Source: Eledone cirrhosa (lineage: Eukaryota). Taken from it: a stretch of DNA of 64,000 nucleotides. The notes under the pieces were generated by a model. The model had not been told where the DNA came from, made no database searches, and saw only the letters and a list, made by a program, of their open reading frames with translations. Of the stretch, positions 47,866 through 59,369 are shown one piece after another (position 1 is the stretch's first letter; every line of letters begins with the position of its first letter). Position numbers and translations under genes: made by a program. The DNA is taken from contig OZ024741.1 of the NCBI GenBank assembly GCA_964016885.1, positions 311,426,001 through 311,490,000 on the forward strand, given 5' to 3'.

Positions 47866-48714
47866 TTAATATAAAGGTTACAGAACGAAAACACTAACAA
47901 ATATAATATATACAAAGGAAAGGGAAAGGAAAAAAAGAAAGAGAAAAAATACACACAACTTAGACCACACAGAACAATATGTAGGCGAAAGGGGTGGACA
48001 AACGAGGCGCTACCAGAGCAAAAGATAACAATATAGCGAGGAGCACTGGGAAACCTCTCTAATAATTTTTGAGGCAAGCAGTACACTCGCACCGTTACCT
48101 GGGGTGATGGTGAGACTGAGGTGCATGAACAACCAAGTGCCTTCACAAGCATCACCAGTTACCTTTGTTTGGCGAGCCACCAGTAGTCGCCCGACTACCC
48201 CAAACGTCTCGAACGCCACAGGCTGGACAATTTGTTAGCTGACAGAACACGGTATTTTACGATTTTGTTCCGTTCAGCTGCGGATGCAGTAGCTCTGGCC
48301 CTTACCGCTGCATCCAGGATGTGGGAAGAAGCAAAAGTGTCACTAACTGTGACGTCACAGGAAAGGCACCTGACTCTTGAGCAGAAGTAAGACCAGGAGT
48401 AAGACCGTCAAGTCTTTTCCTATCAATTATGGACAACACAGGGATGTTTTCTCGGGCCAAAGCTCTAAAGTGGTAATAGGACAGTGTATGTATGTGCTCG
48501 CGCCTGATTTTGTCGACGTTCTTAAATTAGAGACATGTGTGTGTGTGTGTGTGTGTGTTACTGTTTTTAAGTTAGAGACATATATGTGTGTATCCCTTTC
48601 CTTCCTTTTACACACACATACATTCACACAAACACACATACACATTGTGTGATGGACATGTGGAAAGAAGTCCTTCAAATTTATATACTTGTGAATGGAG
48701 TTTATGCTGAAGCA

Positions 48715-49150
48715 GTTAGAGAAGTTCAAATATCTTTGAGCCGTTTTCATGAGTGGTGGTATGCAGGAGGCTGAATTAAGTGCAAGAATTGCAAAAGCTG
48801 ACGCTGTAATGCGCCAGCCTCAGCATTCAGCAATAAGAAGAAGGGGGTAGGTGTAAAAGTCAAACTCCATGTCTTCCTTCTATTCCTGTCAATTCTTACT
48901 GAGGATCATGAATCTTAATGGGATTCCTCCTAAGAGTCTCTGGAGTAATGTTACTCGATAAAGTGCATAGCTCAGAGACCAGAGAGTCACTCCTGGTAGA
49001 GAGGCAACTTCTCCGAATTAAGAGATCACAACTGCGATATTATGAGCATGTGGTTAGAATGTCTCAGTAACGAATCGCTAGACACATTTTACAGACAAAA
49101 ACCAAACGGCAGGAGACCTAGAGGTAGACCCTAAGCAAGATAATTGCATA
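48715..49150 (+). mobile_element. RTE-clade LINE 3' fragment, degraded
   Basis: Manual translation, with frameshifts, gives FKYL, RIAKA..VMR, MGFL.RVSGV.LLDKV.SSE.RESL, RSQLRYY.HVVRM, GRRPRGRP. Confidence 0.8.
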
Positions 49151-50073
49151 ACATTGCTGGAAGGAGTGTTTGAGAAGGACTCTGCCCCTACGTCCCTCTC
49201 AGAAATAAGTGGGCCAAGTAGAAGATATTGTCGATTTACTTTTCAATTTACATATATATATTTGCATATGATACCAATATGTTCACTACATATGCTAGCA
49301 GAAAAGCGCCCTCGGTCGGTTTTTCTGCTAGTAATAATAATAATGCTAATACTAATGGGTTTTGGTGTATTTACGTTTGTGTCTGTGTGCGTTATATACG
49401 TGTTTATGCGTGTATACCTATATAGGTTTATATAATTATATGTATACGCACACATATAATTCTATATGTGTATTTGGTGTATACGTTCGTATGTGTGCAG
49501 ATACATGTGTCGCGTGGGTTTAAGTACGTGTGCGCGTCTTTATGAGTACGTGCATATATATGCAGTCATGGCGTGTGTTTTCGCGTATGCCCATGTATGT
49601 ACGTATATAGATGTGTGTACGTATTTTAATTATTATTACTTTTATGATTTTAATAACCTCTGTCATTTTCGTTCATTAATTCATTTACATTATTCTTAAC
49701 TCCGAAGCCGGGAATCATTCGGCTTCCTAAATAGAATATTAGTTTAATGACTCCATTTATACCATAAATGGTGTTTTGTCTATGCGTCTATGTGTTCTCG
49801 TGACTCCACATAACGACGTATTATCTTTGCTTTTTTCCGTTCATTGCCAGGGAACGTCTTCATGAACCACAATATCGTCTTCCTGTCTTCCTTCAGTTTC
49901 AACGTTTTTGAAATATTTACTTCTGTGTTCACAGATTGATTATTGTAGTTCCAGAAGATCCCGTTAAGGGTGAAAGCAACGATTATTTACTTAAACCTTA
50001 ATATGTTATTATAATAAATATATACATATATATACATACATAGACATACATATTTCCAATCATACACCATATT

Positions 50074-50142
<69 letters not shown>

Positions 50143-50297
50143 GCACACACACAAACACACACACACACACACACACATGCATACATATATATATACATAT
50201 ACATATATACACATACATATATAAACATACATGTGTGAGTAAACATAGACGCAAAAAGAAATATGTAAGTAATTAAAAAATAAATAAATAAGTAAAA

Positions 50298-50484
50298 AAT
50301 TGGTTCTACTCTTGGCACAAGGCCAGCAATTATCCAGTATATTACTGGTACTTTATCTTATCGACCCCGTAAGAATGAAAGGCAAAGTTAACCTCGGCGG
50401 GATTTGAACTCAGAATGGCAAGTGCCGTAACTCTATACGTCAAAGAATGCCGTCCAACCCTCGACCGTAACTGCCAGTCCACCG
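50298..50484 (-). mobile_element. tRNA-derived SINE
   Basis: Same body, A/B boxes and 3' end as the other copies. Confidence 0.85.
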
Positions 50485-50989
50485 CATTGTAAATAAGTAA
50501 ATAATAGCGCATAACCATACACACACACATACAGATACATTCATGAAAAATGTTTCTACATGCGCATGCACGCACGTACGCAGACATAGAGATATGGAAA
50601 TGCATATAATTAGAAAAGAGTGTATATACACACCTAAATAAAAGAATATAGATAAATAATTACGTACACCATGATAGACACATATACAGCACACAATACG
50701 TATACATACGTACATAAATACACATATATTATTATATACACGCACACACACATACGTATATTCACTTATGCATATACATACCAATATACTTATACATACA
50801 TACACACATGCACACATACCTACATGCAGAATATATACATACCCATATACAGACATACATATACACATACACACACCTATATGAATATATTTATACACAT
50901 ATAAATATAAGAATACACACACATATATACATAAACACATACATATTTACATACATACATAAACAGGCATATATTCATTATGTGAACGA

Positions 50990-52665
50990 TAGAATTGGGG
51001 TTCCCGTTATTACAATAATGAAATGTTAAGGTGTATGTAGAAACAGTATAACTATTAGGTAGAAAGAAAAATACTTTGATTGAGCATTAAAGTGGATGGA
51101 ATATGAGGGTAGGCTCATATCATTTGGCAGTATCGGTAGAGCGTCGGACGCCATACTTTGCAGCACAGAGTTACGGCCATTTTTGGTCCGAGTTCAAATC
51201 CCGCCAAGGTTAACTTTGCCTTTTATCTTACGGGGTCGATAACATAAAGCACCAATATTACACAGGGATAATTGCTGGCCTTGTTCCAAAAGTAGAAACA
51301 ATTCTTTACTCTGAACTAGATTTATTAAATAGGAAATCTGAAATATTTCCACTTGTCCTTATATTGATCTCCTTTCTTTTCACTATTATATCAATGTAGA
51401 TTTATACCTTATTATTACCATTACTATCACTGTATAATAATTATTTAATTGCCCTTTTTAAACCTAAAAGTTTATAATATGTTTAACTACTATATACTGT
51501 CTACCATTCTTCACACACACCCTCTCTGATCCCTTCTATTGCAAATACAATTTATTATAACCACCTCATCACTTTTAGGCAACTTAATAATACATTGTTT
51601 CCATACTTTTGCTCATTAGCCTCACTTATATTTATTTTTGCTAAATATATAACAACCATTGTCACACCATATATTTTTTATTTAATATTAACTATTCAAT
51701 ACTAGTATAATTAACTATTTTTAAATAATGCATAGCACTTTTAGTATATATAGATAATTTCTTTGTAATATGTAAAGTTATTATTCTTTTAAAGTTCTTT
51801 AGTTTTGCAAACATTAAACCAGAAAACAATTATTTTAAAAATTCGATTCCCATATATTTTTAGATACTAAATTTTTCTATTTTTTCTTAATAAATATATA
51901 GTAATAAATTACCTCCCCTTATTTATGTTTTGTTTTTACCCTTGTTTCATTTTTTAAGGATTATTTTTCTAAAATGCCATGCTAAGATGGATGATTTGTA
52001 CTCTTGATGGCATATGACTTTGTCTCCTCTATTCAACTAGGTGGTGCTTTAAATGATGTGTCTTGAGTGCCTAATTGATAATACTTCCAGCTATATTGGA
52101 TTTTTCACTTTGATGATTATACTTATTTTCTCAACATTACATTGGACATTTTGAAAAATAATAATTATTATGACTGAATTATGTAGTCGAACGTATAGTC
52201 TTGCATCTGTCTGTATGCTACAGGTAAACTAAACTTTTTTGAATGTATTTTTTATATATATTTTTAAATATATTCTTTAAAAATTTTTTTTGGAGGTGTA
52301 TTTTTAAATTTATATTTGAATTGCATGCCTTCTCTTATTAACTTTCTCTACTACTTATGATATATATTTTTCACTGTACTTAATTAATCTATAACAGCAT
52401 GCTTTTTTGATTTTTTAAATTTTTATTGGTTTTATCTGGTCCTAATTTGTATTGCATTTATCTGCTCCTATTCTTCATATGATTTTTCTTCCTCTGTTAC
52501 CTTATATAAATGTTTATACTGATGCTTATCTACGTTCCTATATTAAGTATCCTCCTAATGTTCTTGTGACAAAGTTTTGATATTATATTTGTGTTTGGCT
52601 TTTGCTATCAACTTCGAAGAATCTGGTCTTGTGCTAGGATGAAACGATCAACAGTGATTAAATGT
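50990..52665 (+). mobile_element. Old PLE 3' remnant (interrupted by SINE) ending in degenerate hammerhead
   Basis: TTATTAAATAGGAAATCTGAAATA at about 51322 reads LLNRKSEI, as in the PLE1 C-terminus. Hammerhead-like TTCGAAGA-ATCTGG..CTAGGAT-GAAA-CGA-TC at 52612-52650. Confidence 0.5.
51120..51305 (+). mobile_element. tRNA-derived SINE
   Basis: A box TGGCAGTATCGG, B box GAGTTCAAATCC, 3' end GCTGGCCTTGTTCCAAAAGTAGAAACAATT. Confidence 0.85.
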
Positions 52666-52713
52666 TTGAAAAAATAAACACTCTTTGATTGTCATTTCCA
52701 TTGTATATATATT

Positions 52714-52783
<70 letters not shown>

Positions 52784-52910
52784 TGTGTGTGTCTGTGTCT
52801 GTGTGTATGTGTGTGTGTTTCTGTATTTCTCTCTGTCTGTCTATCTGTCTGCCTCTCTCTCTCTAAATTCATTCCACTTAATGTACAATCTCCCTAACAC
52901 AAAATATTAC

Positions 52911-53120
52911 ACACAAGAGTAAGTTGAGAAGTTCATAGGCTAACGATAAAGGAGTGATGCTGCTAGGTCAGTGAAATCATCCATGCATTAAATTCAAATA
53001 TTGTTATTAATATGTGCATTGCTCCATTCCAGGAACTATGTGGAAAAATAAACTTCATTTAGTCACTCCATGAGAGTTTGAAATGTTCAGCCTATGAAAT
53101 GTTTAGCCGACTCTCGGACA
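52911..53120. mobile_element. Tc1/mariner-like MITE
   Basis: Imperfect ~28 bp TIRs CAAGAGTAAGTTGAGAAGTTCATAGGCT / AGCCTATGAAATGTTTAGCCGACTCTCG. Confidence 0.6.
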
Positions 53121-53491
53121 TATTTCCTCTAATATCTGAAAGGTAATACAAACAATTCTCAACAATCACTTATTGCATCACATTTTCTCTCCACCAGACA
53201 TCAGAGACAACGAATATGGTTTCACAGATCTAGATCTAACGGAAATATAAGTGACACTTTATTAAATCTTGTGTTCTTCACATTTTATTAATGTCTCCCG
53301 TCTTTACACATTCTTTAATGCCCTACATTGTTATAGCCCTAATGAGGCACCCTGCAACTCAGAATTTGATGAAATTATGACTTCCCAACCAAAACAAGCA
53401 CAAACAGGTTGCCACGTGATCATATATTTTTTTATAAATATTTTAAGTGTGTTAGTTTGTATAAATGTTTAAATAAACACAGACACACACA

Positions 53492-53544
<53 letters not shown>

Positions 53545-54109
53545 TCTAATACTGGTGGCCTAATTAAGTTCTAGCTGTCGAAACGGGCGGAGCTCAGCCG
53601 TCGGGTTCCTGACTATTTTCATATATATATATGTATTTATATATATCTGTGTGCGTGTGTTTATATATATATGTGTGTATATGTGTGTGTACGTGACTGT
53701 GAGTGTGTGTGTGTGTGTATGTGTTTATTTAAATTTATACTTCAGACAGTTCACTACGAAATTCCAATTTACTCATGTAAGTTAAAATGTCCGTTCCTTG
53801 CTGATCTTCCATATGTATTGATGATTTGATTTAAGTTTAGAAATAACAGGCCACAGAATACAAACTTAGAGGATTTTAAAAGAAAATGCGTGTCGTCCTC
53901 CACCATGAATCACAACATACAGTCCGTTTCCTCGAGAATATAGATTCCTCTGGAATTCGCTCGGTGGATACCCTTACTATCTACAGGTCTTATCTACGTA
54001 AATTCATGATATTTAGAGAAATCATATATCTGTAAAAGTCACATAACAGAGACTGTAATAACAAATTTCTTTTGTTTTCGAGAATATTATAGTTTTACCA
54101 AATTAAGTA

Positions 54110-55915
54110 TTGAGCCATTCTCTTTGTATTTCCCATTCTATTATCCACTGTCTTTACCTCTGTCTTTTCTACTGTCTTTTCACTGTCTTTAACTGTCTTT
54201 TCCGCTGTCTTTTCCGCTGTCTGTTCCTCTGTCTTTTCCTTTGTCTTTTCCCCTCTCTCTTCCACTCTCTTTTCCGCTGTTTATGCTCTGTCTCCTCTGT
54301 CTTTTCCTCTGTTTCTCCTTTGTCTTTTCATCTGTCTTCTCCTTTATCTTTCCTCCTGTTTTCCCGCTGTCTTTTCCCCTGTTTCTCCTTTGTCTTTTCC
54401 TCTGTTTCCTTCGCTCTCTTTTCCTCTGTCTTTTCCTTTGTCTTTCCCCCCTGTCTTTACCCCTGTCTTTACCCCTATCTTTTCCGCTGTCTTTCTCCCT
54501 GTCTTTTTCGCTGTCTTTACCTTGTCTTTTCCTCTGTCTTTTCCCCTGCCTTTTCCCCTGTTTTTCCTTTGTCTTTTCGTTTGTCTTCTCCGCTGTCTAT
54601 TCCTCTGTCTTTTGCTTTGTCTTTTCCGCTCTCTTTTCCTCTGTCTTTACCTCTGTCTATTCCTTTGTCTTTTCCCCTATATTTTCCGGTGTTTTTTTCC
54701 TTTGTCTTTTCCCCTGTCTTTTCCTTTGACTTTCCCCCCTGTCATTTCCGCTGTTTTTGCTTTTGTCTTTCCCCCTGTCCTTCCCCTGTCTTCTCCTCTG
54801 GCTTTTCCCTGTTTCTCATTTGACTTTTCCTCTGTCTTCTCCGCTGTCTTTTCCTCTGTCTTTTCCTTCCTCTTTTCCGCCTGTCTTTTTCTCTGTCTTT
54901 ACCTCTGTCTTTTCCTTTCTCTTTTCCGCTGTCTTTTCCGGTGTGTTTTCTTTGTCTTTTCCCCTGTCTATTCCGCTGTCTTTTCCGGTGTCTTTCCCCC
55001 TGTCTTTTCCGCTATCTTTTCCTTTGTCTGTCCCACTGTCTTTTCCGTTGTCGTTCCCCCTCTCTATTCCGCTGTTTTTTCCTTTGTCCTTACACCTGTC
55101 TTTTCGCTGTCTTTTCCGCAGCCTTTTCCTCTGCCTTCTCCTCTGGCTTTTCCCCTGTTTCTCATTTGTCTTTTCCTATGTCTTACCCGCTGTCTTTTCC
55201 TCTGTTTTTCCTTCGTCTTTTCCCCCTGTCTTTTCCTCTGTCTTTACCTGTCTTTTCCTTTCTCTTCTCCTCTGTCTTTTCCGGTGTGTTTTACTTTGTC
55301 TTTTCCCCTGTCTTTGCCCCTGTCTTTTCCGCTGTATTTTCCTTTGTCTATCCCTCTGTCTTTTACGCTGTCTTCCCCCTGCCTTTTCCGCTGTTTTTTC
55401 CTTTGTCTTTACCCCTGCCTTATCCGCAGCCTTTTCATCTGTCTTCTTTGTCTTTTCCCCTGTTTCTACTTTGTCTTTATCCCTGTTTTCTCCGCTGTCT
55501 TTTCCCCTTGTCTTTTCCTTTGTCTTTACCTCTGTTTTTTCCTTTCTCTTTTCCCCTGTCCTTTACGCTGTCATTCCCTTTGTCTTTCCCCATTCATTTC
55601 CGCTATCTTTTTCCGCTGTTTTTTCCTTTGTCCGTCCCCCTGCCTTTTCCACTGTGTTTCCTCCTTCTCTTTTCCGCTGCCCTTGCCGGTGTTTTACGCC
55701 TGTGTTTCCCCGTCCTTTTCGCTGTCTTTTTCGTCTTCTTTTTCGCTGTCTTTTTCGCTGGCGTTCCCACTCTCGTTTCCGCTGTCTTTTCCTTTTTCTT
55801 TTCCCCTGTCTTTTCTGCTGACGTTGCCACTCTCTTTACTTCTCTATTTTTGGCTGTCCCTTCCGCTGCTTTTACTCTGTGTTTCCCTCTGTCTTTTTCT
55901 CTGGTATTTCCTGTA
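54110..55915. repeat. Pyrimidine-rich ~12 bp minisatellite (CTGTCTTTTCC[T/C/G])
   Basis: About 1.8 kb of degenerate 12-mers nearly lacking A on the plus strand. Confidence 0.95.
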
Positions 55916-58762
55916 TCATGTGTTTTAATTTTATCTGCTTGACTTTTCTTCCTGAAACTGGATGTAAATATTTCATTAGAACTTAGTATGTATCCTAATT
56001 ACAGCGTACCATGTTTACTCTATCGCCTACATATCGCCTACTCAAAATCATCAAATTGAAGACCTTACAATTGGAAGCTGAACACCCTTACCATTAAGCC
56101 AGGTGCATTCACTATACTAATATATATATATATTAAATTCATACAAGATGGATAATGAGAGGGATAACGAGATGGATAACGAAACAACATCAGTGGATAA
56201 TGAAACAGGAGATAATGAACCAGAATCAATAGTAAGAAGTTTCATTTATCATTGATACACTCAATGGCTGCGATAGCTGGCACCTTCAAAATTTGCAAAA
56301 CATTCTTGCGATTCAAGGGATGACAATTTCTTTTCTTTTACAACCTTGCCACCAGGAAGGTGGCCGGTTAGTACAATCAATGTACCTGGTTTCTGTGATA
56401 GTAGCTATATTTTGTACAAGTGGGTGGTAAAGGTGAGATCTAGAATATAGTGTAGAGAGCTATGTTTTTCAGGTTAAGATAACTAAACATGTTACAGTTA
56501 AATTACAAATTAATTATTAATTTTATTACATCAAATGGAAATGTATAAATTATCAAATAACATTGTACTTAACAAAATAAAAACAATTGACGAGAGAATG
56601 ACGACAATCTCATATTCAGTCATGTCTATACCAGATTATTTATTTCTCATCGAAGACAACTTCTAGTATCACTAATAACTTCCAGAGACATATTCTCATC
56701 GAACAATCTAATTCCTCCATTCTTATATAATTGAAACAATTAACCTAGGTAAGATCATTATTTTAACTAGTATAAAATATGTCTTTGTGTCATTTATTTT
56801 GTCTCATTTATGTTCTGATACGAATGTGATAGTCGATTAGTCGATAGAATAAGTAACAGTCTTGTATTGCGAATCGGTTCGGTTTCTCAATACATATGTC
56901 ATGCCAGTTTATATTATCGTAGCCATGTAAGTCATATTTCTTATAGGCAATATGCCTTACGTACATATATCAGTGCTGATGCAAATTGGTAACTATTTAA
57001 AAAGTTAGATTTCTGGATAATATATTTTATGATACTTGTCTCAACTTCATCATTTTGAGTGTTATCCCGTATTTTTAATTTTATTTTAACTGGGTTTGGG
57101 AAATATATAGTTATTGAGATAATATCTATAACATGTCTATTGAATAAGGATAATGCATTAACTAAAGGTATTTGAGTGTCTTGTATCAATCAAAACCTGA
57201 CAGATGCAAATGTCTGAGAACTGGTTATTTCTAATTGGTTCTGCGAATCTATTTGTTAGAAAGTTATTTGAAAGGTTGACATATTTATCAAAAGTGGGGA
57301 TGAGAAACTTTCTTTATGGCTGCTGCACCTTCTAAAGAAAGCAGTCAAAAACACAATGTTGTTCACAAAACACCTAAATGTCAGTATGGTGATGACTGAA
57401 ATGTTTTTGATGATAGGTGTCCTCAGTTATGACTGACCTGAGTCTAAACAACAACTGAAGTGGGATAAAATTAGTAAACCCAAACTCCACTAAATTATAC
57501 AGTTATTAAACAGGAAATTTTCTCCAGATAGGTTTGAGCATGGACTAATGTAGTATTGAAAAGCTATAATATAATATTACATTTGGCTCTTCATAATTAA
57601 GATAATATTTAATTTCCGAAAAGTTTTGGTTAGCAGATGCGGTAGCACTGTTCTTAATGACATGTTGTAATGACATTTATCATTTCACATACACAGTTTA
57701 TATCTCATTCAGTAGAAACTTGACTTCCATTCTTTCGTCCCTGACAAACTTTCGAGGAGTAGTGAACTTGATATATTTACATCTAACCCTCCCTAAAATT
57801 TGTGTCCTTGAATTGTGTTCTTCAAATTATCGGTTTATCCTGCGTTAGTTTTAAACAATTACATCCCCATTGGAATTGTTTGGTCTTCTGCCAAATCAAT
57901 GATTTTTATTATATAATCAAATATACTAACTATCTGTGTAAACCAAGAATTAAATCTAACCAAGTTGTCGTCTTACAGTTTACTTATATGTCTCTCTGTC
58001 TCCCCGTAAATATATGTCTGAACCATTGTGTTCATTGCATTCACAACTAAATCAGGTGACTGGTAGAGATATTGTCACTGTATTAGACTTCAACTTATTA
58101 GACTCAATTATAAACTGTTTCAATAAGTATGCATTTGACTCGTGACATTTTGTAATGGTACAAAAAAAAACTTAATATTGCTTTGGCTATGGAAAATGTA
58201 ATTAGCTAATATACTAATATGAAATTTACAGGAAATTCAAAATATTGAGAACTAGATCTAATACTTTACAGTTTCCAACTTTATGCCTGATATATCTGTA
58301 TTCAAATAACATCGAGGCAAAGCTTGCTTTAGCCTATCAAACACAATTACTATGTTGTTGTCAAAAAGAAAATTTTAAAATGTCCTGGTCGAATTATGAA
58401 GCAATAATTAGTTCAACGACTGCAATTAGTACAGTTAATATTATAAGTGGTCATTAATATTCACCGAACAACCTAACTGGGAAAATAAGTTTTAATATTT
58501 AAAACTCATCGCTGAAAAATACGGAGGTCAATTACAAAATATACAAATATAAAAGTTAAATACAATTTTGTTTACTCTAAATCTAAACATCAGACAGATT
58601 GAAATTCACCAATTACTTCTAACAATAGTATTGAGACAAGAAATCACATACCTGTAAATTAATATTCCAAACACACCTATAATTGACAGGAAAAGTGGGA
58701 CAAACACAATCATCGCGACATAAGCGGGATGCATTCCGTATATTCCTGTTCAAATGTAAAAC

Positions 58763-58905
<143 letters not shown>

Positions 58906-59122
58906 GATATTTCGTTTCTGAATTTGTTTAGCAAGGTTGTTTATCTGAAATCGTGTGTTGAAACCGATATTGTTATACTTTGGGAGAGTCATGTTGCCAA
59001 TAAGAAACACACGCACCAGTTGCTTTCACTTCAATTTATTATAATAAATTTATAATAAATTTATAAATTTATAAATTTTTGGTTTGTTGGTTGGTTCCAC
59101 AACCAGATAGTTGTTTATATAT

Positions 59123-59167
59123 TGTCATAGTTCTTTCGTCACACACTATGTGACCTCTTCAGTGACT
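59123..59167 (-). ncRNA. Minimal type I hammerhead ribozyme (PLE3 3' end)
   Basis: Minus strand: GTCA-CTGAAGA-G-GTCACA-TAGTG-TGTGAC-GAA-AG-AA-CT-A-TGAC; one extra G before stem II, CUA triplet. Confidence 0.82.
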
Positions 59168-59369
59168 GGGGATTCCTTTCTTTGTTTTTGTGCCTCTCCT
59201 TTGTTCTGTCCTACGCCATTTTGTTTCTGTGTGTGTGTTGTGTGCTCAGTCTGCACATGCGCCACATCCGGGTGTATGTGTGTGTTTATGTTCATTTATT
59301 TATTTGTTTATTTACATTTTACTGGTTGGTTGTTTGTTCTATGTGTGTGTGTGTGTATTCATTTTGTCC

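Noticed and set aside
51120-51210. tRNA gene
   Set aside because: A/B boxes are present but no cloverleaf is evident; it is the head of a multi-copy SINE.
53890-53990. GC-richer patch with a short open frame
   Set aside because: Too short, with no convincing splice sites or recognisable motif.
54110-55942. Long overlapping ORFs (up to 512 aa) rich in F/L/S/P/C
   Set aside because: Artefacts of an A-poor minisatellite; long ORFs occur in all three plus frames.
57196-57332. AG..GT-bounded candidate exon on the minus strand
   Set aside because: Stops in all three frames.
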